The notes: generated from the letters alone by a model not told the origin. A DNA stretch of 32,000 bases from Deinococcus radiodurans R1 = ATCC 13939 = DSM 20539 (GCF_000008565.1 NC_001263.1:183659-215658), one strand, 5' to 3'. Counted from the first letter of the stretch, positions 12,977-20,248 are shown. Numbers and translations are program-made.

Positions 12977-13654
12977 ATGTCGCTCCTGACCCTTCCCCCG
13001 CAGGCCACCGAGGTCGGGCTGGCGGTGGACGTGGCGGCCTTCGCCATGCACGCGGGCGAGTTGCGGGTGCTGCTGGTGCAGCGCGGCGAGTTGCCCCACG
13101 CCCAGACCTGGGCACTGCCGGGCGGCTTCGTGCAGCCGGGCGAGGAACTGCATGAGGCGGCGCTGCGCGAACTGAGGACCGAAACGAGCGTCAGCCTGGA
13201 GCCCCGGCACCTGGAGCAGTTTTTTACCTTCGGCGAGGTGGGGCGCGACCCGCGCGGGCGCGTCGTAAGCGTGGCGCACCTCGCCGTCTTGCCGCACGGC
13301 ACGGTGGAGGCGCGCGCAGGCGGGCACACCGTGGGGGCCGAGTGGCTCGCCGCGCACACGCCTCCGGCGCTCGCCTTCGACCACCAGGCGATTCTGGACC
13401 GCGCCATCAAGCGGCTGCAACTGCGGCTCGACTACGCCAACCTCGCGCTCGAATTTCTGCCCGACACCTTCACCCTGCCCGAGCTGCAAGGCGTGTACGA
13501 GGCCATTGGCCACCGCGAACTCGACAAGCGTAATTTCCGTAAGCGCATTCTCGCCGCCGGCATCCTGACCCCCTGCGGCGAGCGGCGCAGCGGCGTGGGA
13601 CGGCCCGCGCAGCTCTACCGCCGCGCCAAAGGCACCCGCACGGCGGCGCTGTAA
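12977..13654 (+). CDS. NrtR-like regulator: Nudix domain fused to a C-terminal winged-helix domain
   Basis: 225 aa. The Nudix box GGFVQPGEELHEAALRELRTETSV is degenerate (REL-R-TE-T-S instead of REUxEExGU). The C-terminal LAFDHQAILDRAIKRLQLRLDY...FTLPELQGVYEAIGHRELDKRNFRKRIL...GRPAQLYRR matches the NrtR wHTH domain as I remember it. Confidence 0.8.
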   Translation: MSLLTLPPQATEVGLAVDVAAFAMHAGELRVLLVQRGELPHAQTWALPGGFVQPGEELHEAALRELRTETSVSLEPRHLEQFFTFGEVGRDPRGRVVSVAHLAVLPHGTVEARAGGHTVGAEWLAAHTPPALAFDHQAILDRAIKRLQLRLDYANLALEFLPDTFTLPELQGVYEAIGHRELDKRNFRKRILAAGILTPCGERRSGVGRPAQLYRRAKGTRTAAL

Positions 13655-13669
13655 GAAAGGGCCGCGCTG

Positions 13670-13675
13670 TAGCAT
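13670..13675 (+). promoter_or_regulatory. -10 TAGCAT, 6 nt before GTG 13682 (leaderless)
   Basis: Exact hexamer and spacing shared with 12964, 30081(-) and 31184. Confidence 0.4.
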
Positions 13676-13681
13676 GGCCCG

Positions 13682-14032
13682 GTGAGCGCCGCGCCTCCTG
13701 CCGACCCCGCCGCCCAGATCACGGCCAGCTTTCAGAGCATGTTGCCCGACCTGGGGCTGGGCGGTCTGCTCGGCCTCGCCGCTGGGTACGCGGTCAGGGT
13801 GGTGGGCCGCGTCGCACTGCTGGTCGTCGGCCTCGCCTTTATCGTCGTGCAACTGCTCGCGCACTACGGCGTCGTCACGGTGGACTGGCTGCAACTCCAG
13901 ACGCTCACCGAGCCGTGGTTGCGCGAGGGTCGCGAGAACTTCGGTGGCTGGTTTTCCCGGGTGTTTCTCGCCAACCTGCCCTTTGCCGGGGCGTTCGCGG
14001 CGGGCTTCGTGCTGGGACTGCGGCTGCGGTAG
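13682..14032 (+). CDS. FUN14-family small membrane protein
   Basis: 116 aa, 3 TM, with LGGLLGLAAGYAVRVVGRVALLVVGLAFIVVQLL. GC3-rich coding signal. Confidence 0.7.
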   Translation: MSAAPPADPAAQITASFQSMLPDLGLGGLLGLAAGYAVRVVGRVALLVVGLAFIVVQLLAHYGVVTVDWLQLQTLTEPWLREGRENFGGWFSRVFLANLPFAGAFAAGFVLGLRLR

Positions 14033-14041
14033 AAGCAGGCC

Positions 14042-14071
14042 AAAAAAAAGGCCGAAGCGTGTAGCCTCGGC
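14042..14071. terminator. bidirectional intrinsic terminator between convergent genes
   Basis: The minus strand reads GCCGAGGCtacacGCTTCGGC followed by CTTTTTTTT. The plus strand has the same stem followed by GTTCTTCTT. Confidence 0.65.
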
Positions 14072-14092
14072 GTTCTTCTTGGATGTGATGTT

Positions 14093-14776
14093 TCAATCGT
14101 CGCTGCTGCGGGCAATCCCTAGCACGTTCATGAACTGCGCGAGCGCCATCGCAAAGCCCGCCACGTAGGTCAGGGCCGCTGCGGTGAGCACCTTTTGCGC
14201 GCCCGCCTGCGCTTCACCGCCGCCGCTGATACCGCGCCCGTTGAGGTATTGCAGCGCCCGGCGGCTGGCGTCGAATTCCACCGGCAGGGTCACGAGGTGA
14301 AAGAGCAGCGCCCCGCCGAACAGAATCGCGCCGAGCCACAGCAGGCCGGTGCTGTGAACAAAGATGCCGATCATCAGCAGCAGGGGCGCGAAGTTCATGC
14401 CGAGGCTCAGCGGCACCGCCATCTGGCCGCGCAGCACCAGCGCCGGCATCCGCACCTTGTCCTGCACCGCGTGCCCGACCTCGTGCGCCGCCACCGCCAT
14501 CGCGCCGATGCTGGGCACGCCGTAGGTGGACTCGGAGAGCCGCACGACCTTTTGCTGCGGGTCGTAGTGGTCGGTGAGGTCGCCCGGCACCGCCTCTACC
14601 GGCACATTGTGCAGGCCGTTTTCGTCCAGCATCATCCGGGCGACCTCGGCCCCGGTCAGGTTGCGCGGGTTGCGAATGTTGCCCCATTTTTTGTAAGTAT
14701 TGCTCAGATACGCCTGAATCACCAGCGAGGCGACGAAGATCAGCAGAATCAGCGGGGTATACGGGCCAAAAAACAT
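14093..14776 (-). CDS. YugP-like putative neutral zinc metallopeptidase (Zn_peptidase_2)
   Basis: 227 aa with an N-terminal TM, AAHEVGHAVQD (HExxH) and C-terminal TMs. GGAGGA lies 6 nt before the ATG. Confidence 0.85.
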   Translation of the reverse strand: MFFGPYTPLILLIFVASLVIQAYLSNTYKKWGNIRNPRNLTGAEVARMMLDENGLHNVPVEAVPGDLTDHYDPQQKVVRLSESTYGVPSIGAMAVAAHEVGHAVQDKVRMPALVLRGQMAVPLSLGMNFAPLLLMIGIFVHSTGLLWLGAILFGGALLFHLVTLPVEFDASRRALQYLNGRGISGGGEAQAGAQKVLTAAALTYVAGFAMALAQFMNVLGIARSSDD

Positions 14777-14854
14777 GGTCTTTCCTCCTGTTCAAATCTT
14801 AGCGTCCCCCACTCAAGTCCCATGAGAAAAATGCCCTCCCAGTTGACTCCGGGT

Positions 14855-15553
14855 TTACTTCGGCCAAGCCAGCGCCGGATGCGTAACGGCGGGCCAGCGG
14901 ACCGGCAATTCGCGCTTCCCGAGCCGCGCCACCGGCACGACCCCGACTCCCGCACCGCAAATCCAGGCCCGCGTGACCTGCGGCAGTTCGGAAACGTGCA
15001 CCGGCCGCTCCTCATGCGGGTGCCCGGCGAGCCAGAGCGCCCGCGTCGTTCCTGGTAGCCCGCCCGTCGGCACGACCAGCCGCCCGCCGAAGTCCAGCAC
15101 CGGCGAGGTGCGCGAGCCGTCCACCACGTGTCCCGCCGCGTCGGTCAGCCAGCCTTCAAAGGCCTCCGCCGCCGTCGCCTGCGCCCCCGCCAATCGGTAG
15201 GGCAGATAATTCCCGGTCTTGTGCGCCGCGAGTTGCGGGTGTGTCTGCCAGTCGGTGAGGACGACCGCCACGCCGCCCAGGGGCCGGGGGCCGGTGTTCA
15301 GGGGCCGAAACTGGTGAAAGGTGCCCTCGTCGGTCACGGTGACGCGCAGCAGGTGCGTGCCAGCGGGCAAGGCGGGCAGGTGCTCGTCCGGTGCAGGCAG
15401 CCCTAGAACCGCGCACGTTCCCGCCAGCCGCGCCCAATGCTCCGGCCACAGCAGCGCCGCGCCCTCCTGAAGACGCACGGTGGTGAAGGCGGAGAAGCCG
15501 TGGATGGTGGCTGGATGCTGGTTGAGAGAGGGGCGCAGGTCTTTTTCCATCAC
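14855..15553 (-). CDS. pabC: aminodeoxychorismate lyase-like class IV aminotransferase-fold protein
   Basis: 232 aa with HKTGNYLPYRLA...DGSRTSPV...VPTGGLPGTTR. The start (GTG 15553 or ATG 15550) overlaps the pabB-pabA stop (GTGATG/TGA). Confidence 0.8.
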   Translation of the reverse strand: MMEKDLRPSLNQHPATIHGFSAFTTVRLQEGAALLWPEHWARLAGTCAVLGLPAPDEHLPALPAGTHLLRVTVTDEGTFHQFRPLNTGPRPLGGVAVVLTDWQTHPQLAAHKTGNYLPYRLAGAQATAAEAFEGWLTDAAGHVVDGSRTSPVLDFGGRLVVPTGGLPGTTRALWLAGHPHEERPVHVSELPQVTRAWICGAGVGVVPVARLGKRELPVRWPAVTHPALAWPK

Positions 15554-17466
15554 CCCTCACCCCTCAGCGCAGCGGACCCAGCAACAGCCCGCAGCCAGTT
15601 GCCGAGCAGCACCCGTCCCGCCGGGCTCAGCACGCTTTCGGGATGAAACTGCACGCCCCAGGCGGGTTTTCCAGGCACCGCCAGCGCCATAATCTCGCCC
15701 CCTTCACTGCGGGCCGTCACCAGTTCGTCGGGTAGCCCGCGCACGACGAGCGAGTGGTAGCGCCCGAAGGCCGCGCCGTTTTCAATCCCGGCAAACAGCC
15801 CCGCGCCGCCGTGCTGCACGCGCTCGGGCCGCCCATGCACCGGCTCGGCGCGTTCAACGCGGCCACCCAGCACTTCCCCCAGCGCTTGATGCCCCAGGCA
15901 CACGCCCAGCAGCGGCACGCCGCGCTCCAGGCACCGCCGGGTCAAGGCGAGTGTGCAGCCGCTCGTCTGCGGAGTGCCGGGGCCGGGACCGACGAGCACG
16001 GCGTCGGGGCGGCTCGCCAGCAGCGTTTCTGCGTCCTCGTCCTGGCTCCGCACATCCACCATCGCCCCCAGCGCGAGCAAGTCGTGGGCGAGGTTCCAGG
16101 TAAACGAGTCGCGGTTGTCGAGCACCAGCACCCGCAGCGGCGTCTGTGCCTGCTTGGGCACGGGTGGTGGCGTCCAAGGCCGACCCGGCACCGGGGGCTG
16201 CCCCGCCTGCGCCGGTCTGCCGGGCACCCCCGCCAGCACGCTGAGGAGGGCCTGCGCCTTGTGGACCGTTTCGCGGGCCTCGCGGGCCGGGTCGGCGTCG
16301 ATGACGGTGCCGCCGCCCGCACGGACGGTGACGGTCCAGCGGGGAGGCGTTGCTGGCGAACCTGCCGCCGTATCCAGCACAAATTCCGCCGTCCGAATCA
16401 GAATATTTACGTCCACCCGTCGCCCGCTCACCAGCCCTGCGCCGCCGGTGTACCAGCCGCGCGGCCCCGGTTCCAGCGCGGCAATCGCGTCCATCACGCG
16501 GGCTTTGGGGGCGCCGGTAATCGTGCCGCCGGGGAAAGTGGCGGCGAGCAGGTCTGGCAGCGTCAGGCCCGCGCGGGCGGTGGCCGTGACCTCCGAAACG
16601 AGGTGCATGACGTGGCTGTAGCGCTCCACCAGCATCAGGTCGGGCACGCTCACTGTGCCGGGGGCTGCTACCGCGCCCAGGTCGTGGCGCACGAGGTCCA
16701 CCAGCATGGTGTGCTCGGCCACTTCTTTGGGGCTGGCGCGCAGCTCGGCTTCGAAGGCGGCGTCTTCCTCCGGCGTGTCGCCGCGCCGCCGCGTGCCGGC
16801 AATCGGGCGGGCGCTGATGCCGCCGCCTTCCGACACGGCCCAGTCCACCAGCCGCTCGGGGCTGCACGACACGACGACTTCGTTGCCCATGTCCAGAAAG
16901 GCCATGAACGGACTCGGATTCACCTCGCGCAGCCGCAGGTACGCCGCCAGCGGGTCGCCCTGCGCCGGGGCCGACACGCCGCGCGACAGGTTGACCTGAT
17001 ACACCTCGCCCGCCCGAATCAGCTCCTGCACGGCCCGTACGCCCGCCGGATAGTCCACGTCGTCCGCGCCGAAGTCGCCCACCGTCAAGCTCGGCAGGGG
17101 CGCGGGGTCGCTCGCCAGCAGCGCCGCCCAGTCCAGATGCGGCTCGCCCACGACGCTCAGGGTGCCGGCCTCCCGGTCCCACACCAGCCCGGACGGGTAA
17201 AAACCCCACCACTGCGCCGGGCCGCTCGCCGGGTGCGCCGCCAGACCGAACTCGCGGGCCGCCTCATACTTCAGGCCGCCGAGCCAGGCGGGAAAAAAGG
17301 CGTCGGGGGCAGGAAGTTCGGGGAGGGTGTGCTGCACGCAGGTCGGCGCGGCGCTCAGGAAGGTGAAACGGGCGTAGGGCAGCACCGGCCCCAGCGATTC
17401 GAGCAGGGCGATGCCGGGCAGGCCAGCGGCGCGGAGGCGGAGGAGGGCGTCGGCGGGGGAGAGCAC
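15550..17466 (-). CDS. pabB: fused aminodeoxychorismate synthase: PabB (chorismate-binding) N-terminal, PabA (GATase-1) C-terminal
   Basis: 638 aa with a GTG start. PabB motifs are EVYQVNLSR, SPERLV and FPGGTITGAPKARVMDAIAALEPGPRGWYTGGAG. A Pro-rich linker follows, then the GATase LRVLVLDNRDSFTWNL...LGVCLGHQALG...GRYHSL. Confidence 0.9.
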   Translation of the reverse strand: MLSPADALLRLRAAGLPGIALLESLGPVLPYARFTFLSAAPTCVQHTLPELPAPDAFFPAWLGGLKYEAAREFGLAAHPASGPAQWWGFYPSGLVWDREAGTLSVVGEPHLDWAALLASDPAPLPSLTVGDFGADDVDYPAGVRAVQELIRAGEVYQVNLSRGVSAPAQGDPLAAYLRLREVNPSPFMAFLDMGNEVVVSCSPERLVDWAVSEGGGISARPIAGTRRRGDTPEEDAAFEAELRASPKEVAEHTMLVDLVRHDLGAVAAPGTVSVPDLMLVERYSHVMHLVSEVTATARAGLTLPDLLAATFPGGTITGAPKARVMDAIAALEPGPRGWYTGGAGLVSGRRVDVNILIRTAEFVLDTAAGSPATPPRWTVTVRAGGGTVIDADPAREARETVHKAQALLSVLAGVPGRPAQAGQPPVPGRPWTPPPVPKQAQTPLRVLVLDNRDSFTWNLAHDLLALGAMVDVRSQDEDAETLLASRPDAVLVGPGPGTPQTSGCTLALTRRCLERGVPLLGVCLGHQALGEVLGGRVERAEPVHGRPERVQHGGAGLFAGIENGAAFGRYHSLVVRGLPDELVTARSEGGEIMALAVPGKPAWGVQFHPESVLSPAGRVLLGNWLRAVAGSAALRGEG

Positions 17467-17473
17467 GGGGAAA

Positions 17474-17479
17474 AGGGTA
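17474..17479 (-). promoter_or_regulatory. -10-like TACCCT, 7 nt before GTG 17466 (leaderless pabB)
   Basis: TAnnnT hexamer on the minus strand, no SD. Confidence 0.3.
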
Positions 17480-17481
17480 AA

Positions 17482-17503
17482 GGGTGGGAGGGGGGCGTGG
17501 GGG
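17482..17503 (+). other. canonical G-quadruplex motif (sequence motif only)
   Basis: GGGtGGGaGGGGGGcgtGGGGG has four G3+ tracts with loops of 1, 1 and 3 nt. It lies on the template strand over the expected -35 region of the pabB promoter. Confidence 0.55.
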
Positions 17504-17804
17504 CTATGGCTTTAGCTTTTGGCCCCAACCCCAAACCCCTATCCCCACAGGGGACAGGGGCTTTGACGCTGGCGCTGTGCAAATGGTGATGATTTCGCTT
17601 GGCAGGCGATGTTCTTCAAGTGCGCGGGCTGGTGTAGATGCTCGTGATTTCTATGGACGCGAGGCCCGTGCGCTTACAGCGCCCGACGGCCCTGGCATTC
17701 TGCGTTTCGCGATTTTCTGGGGGGAGTGGAAACCGCAGCCAAAGCATTTTTCGTCCCTCTCCCCTTGCGGGAGAGGGCCTTGCCGTAGGCAAGGGGTGAG
17801 GGGG
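17494..17804. repeat. ~310-bp composite SNR, copy A (paralog of 29415-29722)
   Basis: It aligns by eye with copy B in the same orientation, at roughly 75-80% identity. Shared segments: AGCTTTTGGCCCCAACCCC, the hairpin CCCCTnTCCCC-nnn-GGGGACAGGGG, the core GCTCGTGATTTCT..GGACGCGAGGCCCGTGCGCTT.CAGCGCCCGACGGCCC..TTCTGCGTTTC.CGATTTT, and a terminal CCCTCT../..AGAGGG plus GGGGTGA module. Confidence 0.8.
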
Positions 17805-17832
17805 CATCCAGACCCGCGCCAACGGAATCTCA

Positions 17833-17861
17833 CCCCGTCACCCCCCTAAACCCCACTCCCC
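17833..17861 (-). other. canonical G-quadruplex motif spanning the GNAT stop codon (sequence motif only)
   Basis: The plus strand reads CCCCgtcaCCCCCCtaaaCCCCactCCCC, so the G-rich strand is the mRNA-sense strand of the 17846-18457 gene. The stop TAG (17846-48) lies inside the motif. Confidence 0.5.
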
Positions 17862-18457
17862 AGCCGCCTCTCCAACCCCGCCTTCACCCCTTCCCACTCG
17901 TCCGCCAACACGCTGAAAATCACCGAGTCGCGGGCGTAGCCGTCGGGCCGGACCTGGTACTGGCGCAGCGTGCCCTCGCGCACCGCCCCTAGCTTGTCCA
18001 GCGCGCGCAGGCTACGGGCGTTGCGGCTGTCCACCTTGAACTGCACGCGGCCCGCGCCCAGCACCTCGAAGGCGCGGGCGAGCAGCAGCAGCTTGGATTC
18101 GGGGTTGGCGAAGGTGCCGCGCCCGGCGGGCAGCAGCATGGTGCCGATTTCCAGCCAGCGGTCGTCGGGCCGGGCCTCGCTGTAGCTGATGCGGCCCAGC
18201 ACCGTTTCGTCCGGCCCCAGCACCGCCCAGTTCACGCGGTGGGGCAGGCTGTTGAGCCGCTCGATGTGCGCGGCCCACTCTTCCGGCGTGTTCGTCTGCG
18301 GACCGCCGCGGGCCAGAAATTCGACCGTCTGCGCGTCGGCTCCGGCGCACATTCCGGCGGCGTGGACGGCACTCAGCGGCACGAGGGCAACGAAACGGCC
18401 CCGCATCTCTACGGGGCGCGTCCAGTCTTCGGCGGGGGCAGGGTGTGAGGGCAGCAT
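17846..18457 (-). CDS. GNAT N-acetyltransferase, RimJ/RimL-like
   Basis: 203 aa with WLEIGTMLLPAGRGTFANPESKLLLLARAFEVLGAGRVQFKVDSRNARSLRALDKLGAVREGTLR. It starts 17 nt downstream of the recR stop, so it is probably co-transcribed. Confidence 0.85.
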   Translation of the reverse strand: MLPSHPAPAEDWTRPVEMRGRFVALVPLSAVHAAGMCAGADAQTVEFLARGGPQTNTPEEWAAHIERLNSLPHRVNWAVLGPDETVLGRISYSEARPDDRWLEIGTMLLPAGRGTFANPESKLLLLARAFEVLGAGRVQFKVDSRNARSLRALDKLGAVREGTLRQYQVRPDGYARDSVIFSVLADEWEGVKAGLERRLGSGV

Positions 18458-18474
18458 GGCTCAGGCTACCGCCG

Positions 18475-19137
18475 TTAGCGGGATGCGGGCACCGCTGCTC
18501 CGTCGGCGCCGTCTTCGTCACCGGGACGTTGCGGCGGCTGGGGCTTGCTCACGGTCTGGCGGCCTGTGAGCGCACGGCCCAGCGTCACCTCGTCGGTGTA
18601 TTCCAGCGAGCCGCCCACCGGCACCCCGTAGGCGATGCGGCTGATGGCGGCGCCGAGCGGTTCGAGCAGCCGCTGAAGGTAGAGCGCGGTGGCGTCGCCC
18701 TCCACCGTTGTGCCAGTCGCCAGAATCACTTCCATGCCTTGCCCCACGCGGGGCAGCAGCGGCTTGATGTGCAGCTTGTCGGGGCCGACGCCGTTCATCG
18801 GGCTCAGAACGCCGTGCAGGACGTGGTAGAGCCCCCGGTACTCGCCGCTGCGCTCCAGCGCAATCACGTCGCCGGGTTCTTCCACCACGCAGATGGTGCG
18901 CTGGTCGCGGCTGGGGTCGGCGCACACGTCGCACTTCTCGGCGTCGGTGATGTTGAAACAAATCGGGCAGACGTGCAGGTCGCGCTTGGCTTCGAGCAGG
19001 GCGGAGGCGAGGCGCTCGATGTCCTCACGCGGCTGCTCGAACAGGTGAAAGGCGAGTCGCTGCGCGCTCTTGGGGCCGATGCCCGGCAAGCGTGACAGCT
19101 CGCGGATGAGGGACACGAGGGAAGGCGGATATTTCAT
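18475..19137 (-). CDS. recR: recombination mediator RecR
   Basis: 220 aa with MKYPPSLVSLIRELSRLPGIGPKSAQRLAFHL (HhH), the Cys4 zinc finger CPICFNITDAEKCDVC and a Toprim domain. GGAGG lies 6 nt before the ATG. Confidence 0.97.
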   Translation of the reverse strand: MKYPPSLVSLIRELSRLPGIGPKSAQRLAFHLFEQPREDIERLASALLEAKRDLHVCPICFNITDAEKCDVCADPSRDQRTICVVEEPGDVIALERSGEYRGLYHVLHGVLSPMNGVGPDKLHIKPLLPRVGQGMEVILATGTTVEGDATALYLQRLLEPLGAAISRIAYGVPVGGSLEYTDEVTLGRALTGRQTVSKPQPPQRPGDEDGADGAAVPASR

Positions 19138-19160
19138 TTTGCGCCTCCGGCACGTCTAAA

Positions 19161-19226
19161 AGTCTGAGGGTCTAAGAGTCCAAGAGAGGGAGCCCTTAGA
19201 CCCTCAGACTGTTTGACCCTCAGACG
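19161..19226. repeat. perfect 16-bp inverted repeat (18-nt loop) plus a third partial arm, between ybaB and recR
   Basis: AGTCTGAGGGTCTAAG (19161-19176) and CTTAGACCCTCAGACT (19195-19210) are exact reverse complements. GACCCTCAGAC recurs at 19215-19225. Confidence 0.85.
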
Positions 19227-19249
19227 ACCAAGCGCCAGCGCGGTCACAC

Positions 19250-19540
19250 TCAAAAGCCGGGCAGTCCCAGGCCCGCCGTCGCTTCGCGCTGCAAGCCCTC
19301 GGCCTTCTCGGCGGCGTCGTTGATGGCGGCCAGAATCAGGTCTTCCAGAGCTTCCACGTCGTCGCCGTCCACCGCTTCGGGCTTGATTTTCAGGCTGGTC
19401 ACCTTGCCGTGCCCGTTCATCTGCACCGTCACCAGGCCGCTCGCGGTGCCTTCCACCGACTGCGCCGCCAGTTCGTCCTGAATCTTGCCAGCCGCGACCT
19501 GCGCCTGCTGCATCTGCTTCATCAACTTCTTCATGTCCAT
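19250..19540 (-). CDS. ybaB: YbaB/EbfC nucleoid-associated DNA-binding protein
   Basis: 96 aa, MDMKKLMKQMQQAQVAAGKIQDELAAQSVEGTASGLVTVQMNGHGKVTSLKI..., typical of the family. Confidence 0.93.
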   Translation of the reverse strand: MDMKKLMKQMQQAQVAAGKIQDELAAQSVEGTASGLVTVQMNGHGKVTSLKIKPEAVDGDDVEALEDLILAAINDAAEKAEGLQREATAGLGLPGF

Positions 19541-19547
19541 GACCGTC

Positions 19548-19553
19548 AGTCTA
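19548..19553 (-). promoter_or_regulatory. -10 TAGACT, 7 nt before ATG 19540 (leaderless ybaB)
   Basis: The minus strand reads gcTAGACTgacggtcATG with no SD. Confidence 0.4.
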
Positions 19554-19689
19554 GCGGCTGGCCTCTCACGGCGGCATGACCCGGACCACCGTTGGAGGAC
19601 AAGCCGCTACGCCGCCACTTTGTGCCAGCAGAGGAAGACAAAACTGGCAAACGCAACGGCGAGTAACCTTATGAATGCCGTTTGCTCAC

Positions 19690-19712
19690 TTTGACCTGTC
19701 AAATGTTAGGCT
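19690..19712 (+). promoter_or_regulatory. palindrome TTTGACctGTCAAA abutting an extended -10 (TGtTAGGCT) of the Lrp/AsnC gene
   Basis: Perfect 6-bp arms occupy 19690-19703. TAGGCT (19707-12) is 7 nt before ATG 19720 and there is no SD. Confidence 0.45.
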
Positions 19713-19719
19713 GAGGACG

Positions 19720-20187
19720 ATGAAATCTCCGGCCTACCGTCTGGACGCGCTTGACGAGCGGATTTTGCAGGAATTGCAGCAGGACTCGCGCCTGAGTATG
19801 CGCGAACTCGGGCGGCGCATCGGGCTTTCGGCGCCCGCCGTGACCGAGCGGGTGCGGCGCCTGGAGGAAGCGGGCGTGGTGCTGGGCTACGGCGTGCGCG
19901 TGGCCGCCAAACCGCTGGGGCGCGCCATCAGCGCCTTTATCGGCGTGAAGGACTCGGGCCGCAATGACCCGGCGCTCGTCCGCTGGGCCAGGGAGCGCGA
20001 CGGCGTGCTGGAATGCCACTCGGTGACCGGCGACAACTCCTGCATGCTCAAGGTTGCCGTGGCGGACGTGGCCGAACTGGAAGTGCTGCTCGGAGAACTG
20101 ATTGACCTGGGCTTTACCTGCGACACGTCCATCGTGCTCAGCACGCCTCTGGAAGGGAAGCTGCTGCTGCCTCCGCAGGAAGATTGA
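19720..20187 (+). CDS. Lrp/AsnC family transcriptional regulator
   Basis: MKSPAYRLDALDERILQELQQDSRLSMRELGRRIGLSAPAVTERVRRLEEAGVV (HTH) plus a C-terminal RAM/ACT-like domain. ATG 19720 is preferred over the track start at 19675. Confidence 0.9.
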   Translation: MKSPAYRLDALDERILQELQQDSRLSMRELGRRIGLSAPAVTERVRRLEEAGVVLGYGVRVAAKPLGRAISAFIGVKDSGRNDPALVRWARERDGVLECHSVTGDNSCMLKVAVADVAELEVLLGELIDLGFTCDTSIVLSTPLEGKLLLPPQED

Positions 20188-20248
20188 CGGCAAAGAGCGG
20201 CGGGCCGAGAGTTCGTCCTCTCCGCCCGCTGCTGCTGCTCTCCGGTGT

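Noticed and set aside
17484-17849. ORFs inside the two large repeats (17484-17849, 121 aa; 29433-29681, 82 aa) that keep the same frame in both copies
   Set aside because: Differences between the copies in the conserved core are mostly non-synonymous (Y/C, T/S, G/S, I/V, A/T, W/S). Codons are A/T-ending, unlike real genes here, and both strands are open. Conservation looks like it acts at the nucleotide or structure level, not the protein level.
20188-20248. Hairpin between the convergent Lrp/AsnC and DUF937 genes (GAGAGttcgtcCTCTC)
   Set aside because: A 5-bp stem with no U-tract on either strand is insufficient for a terminator call.
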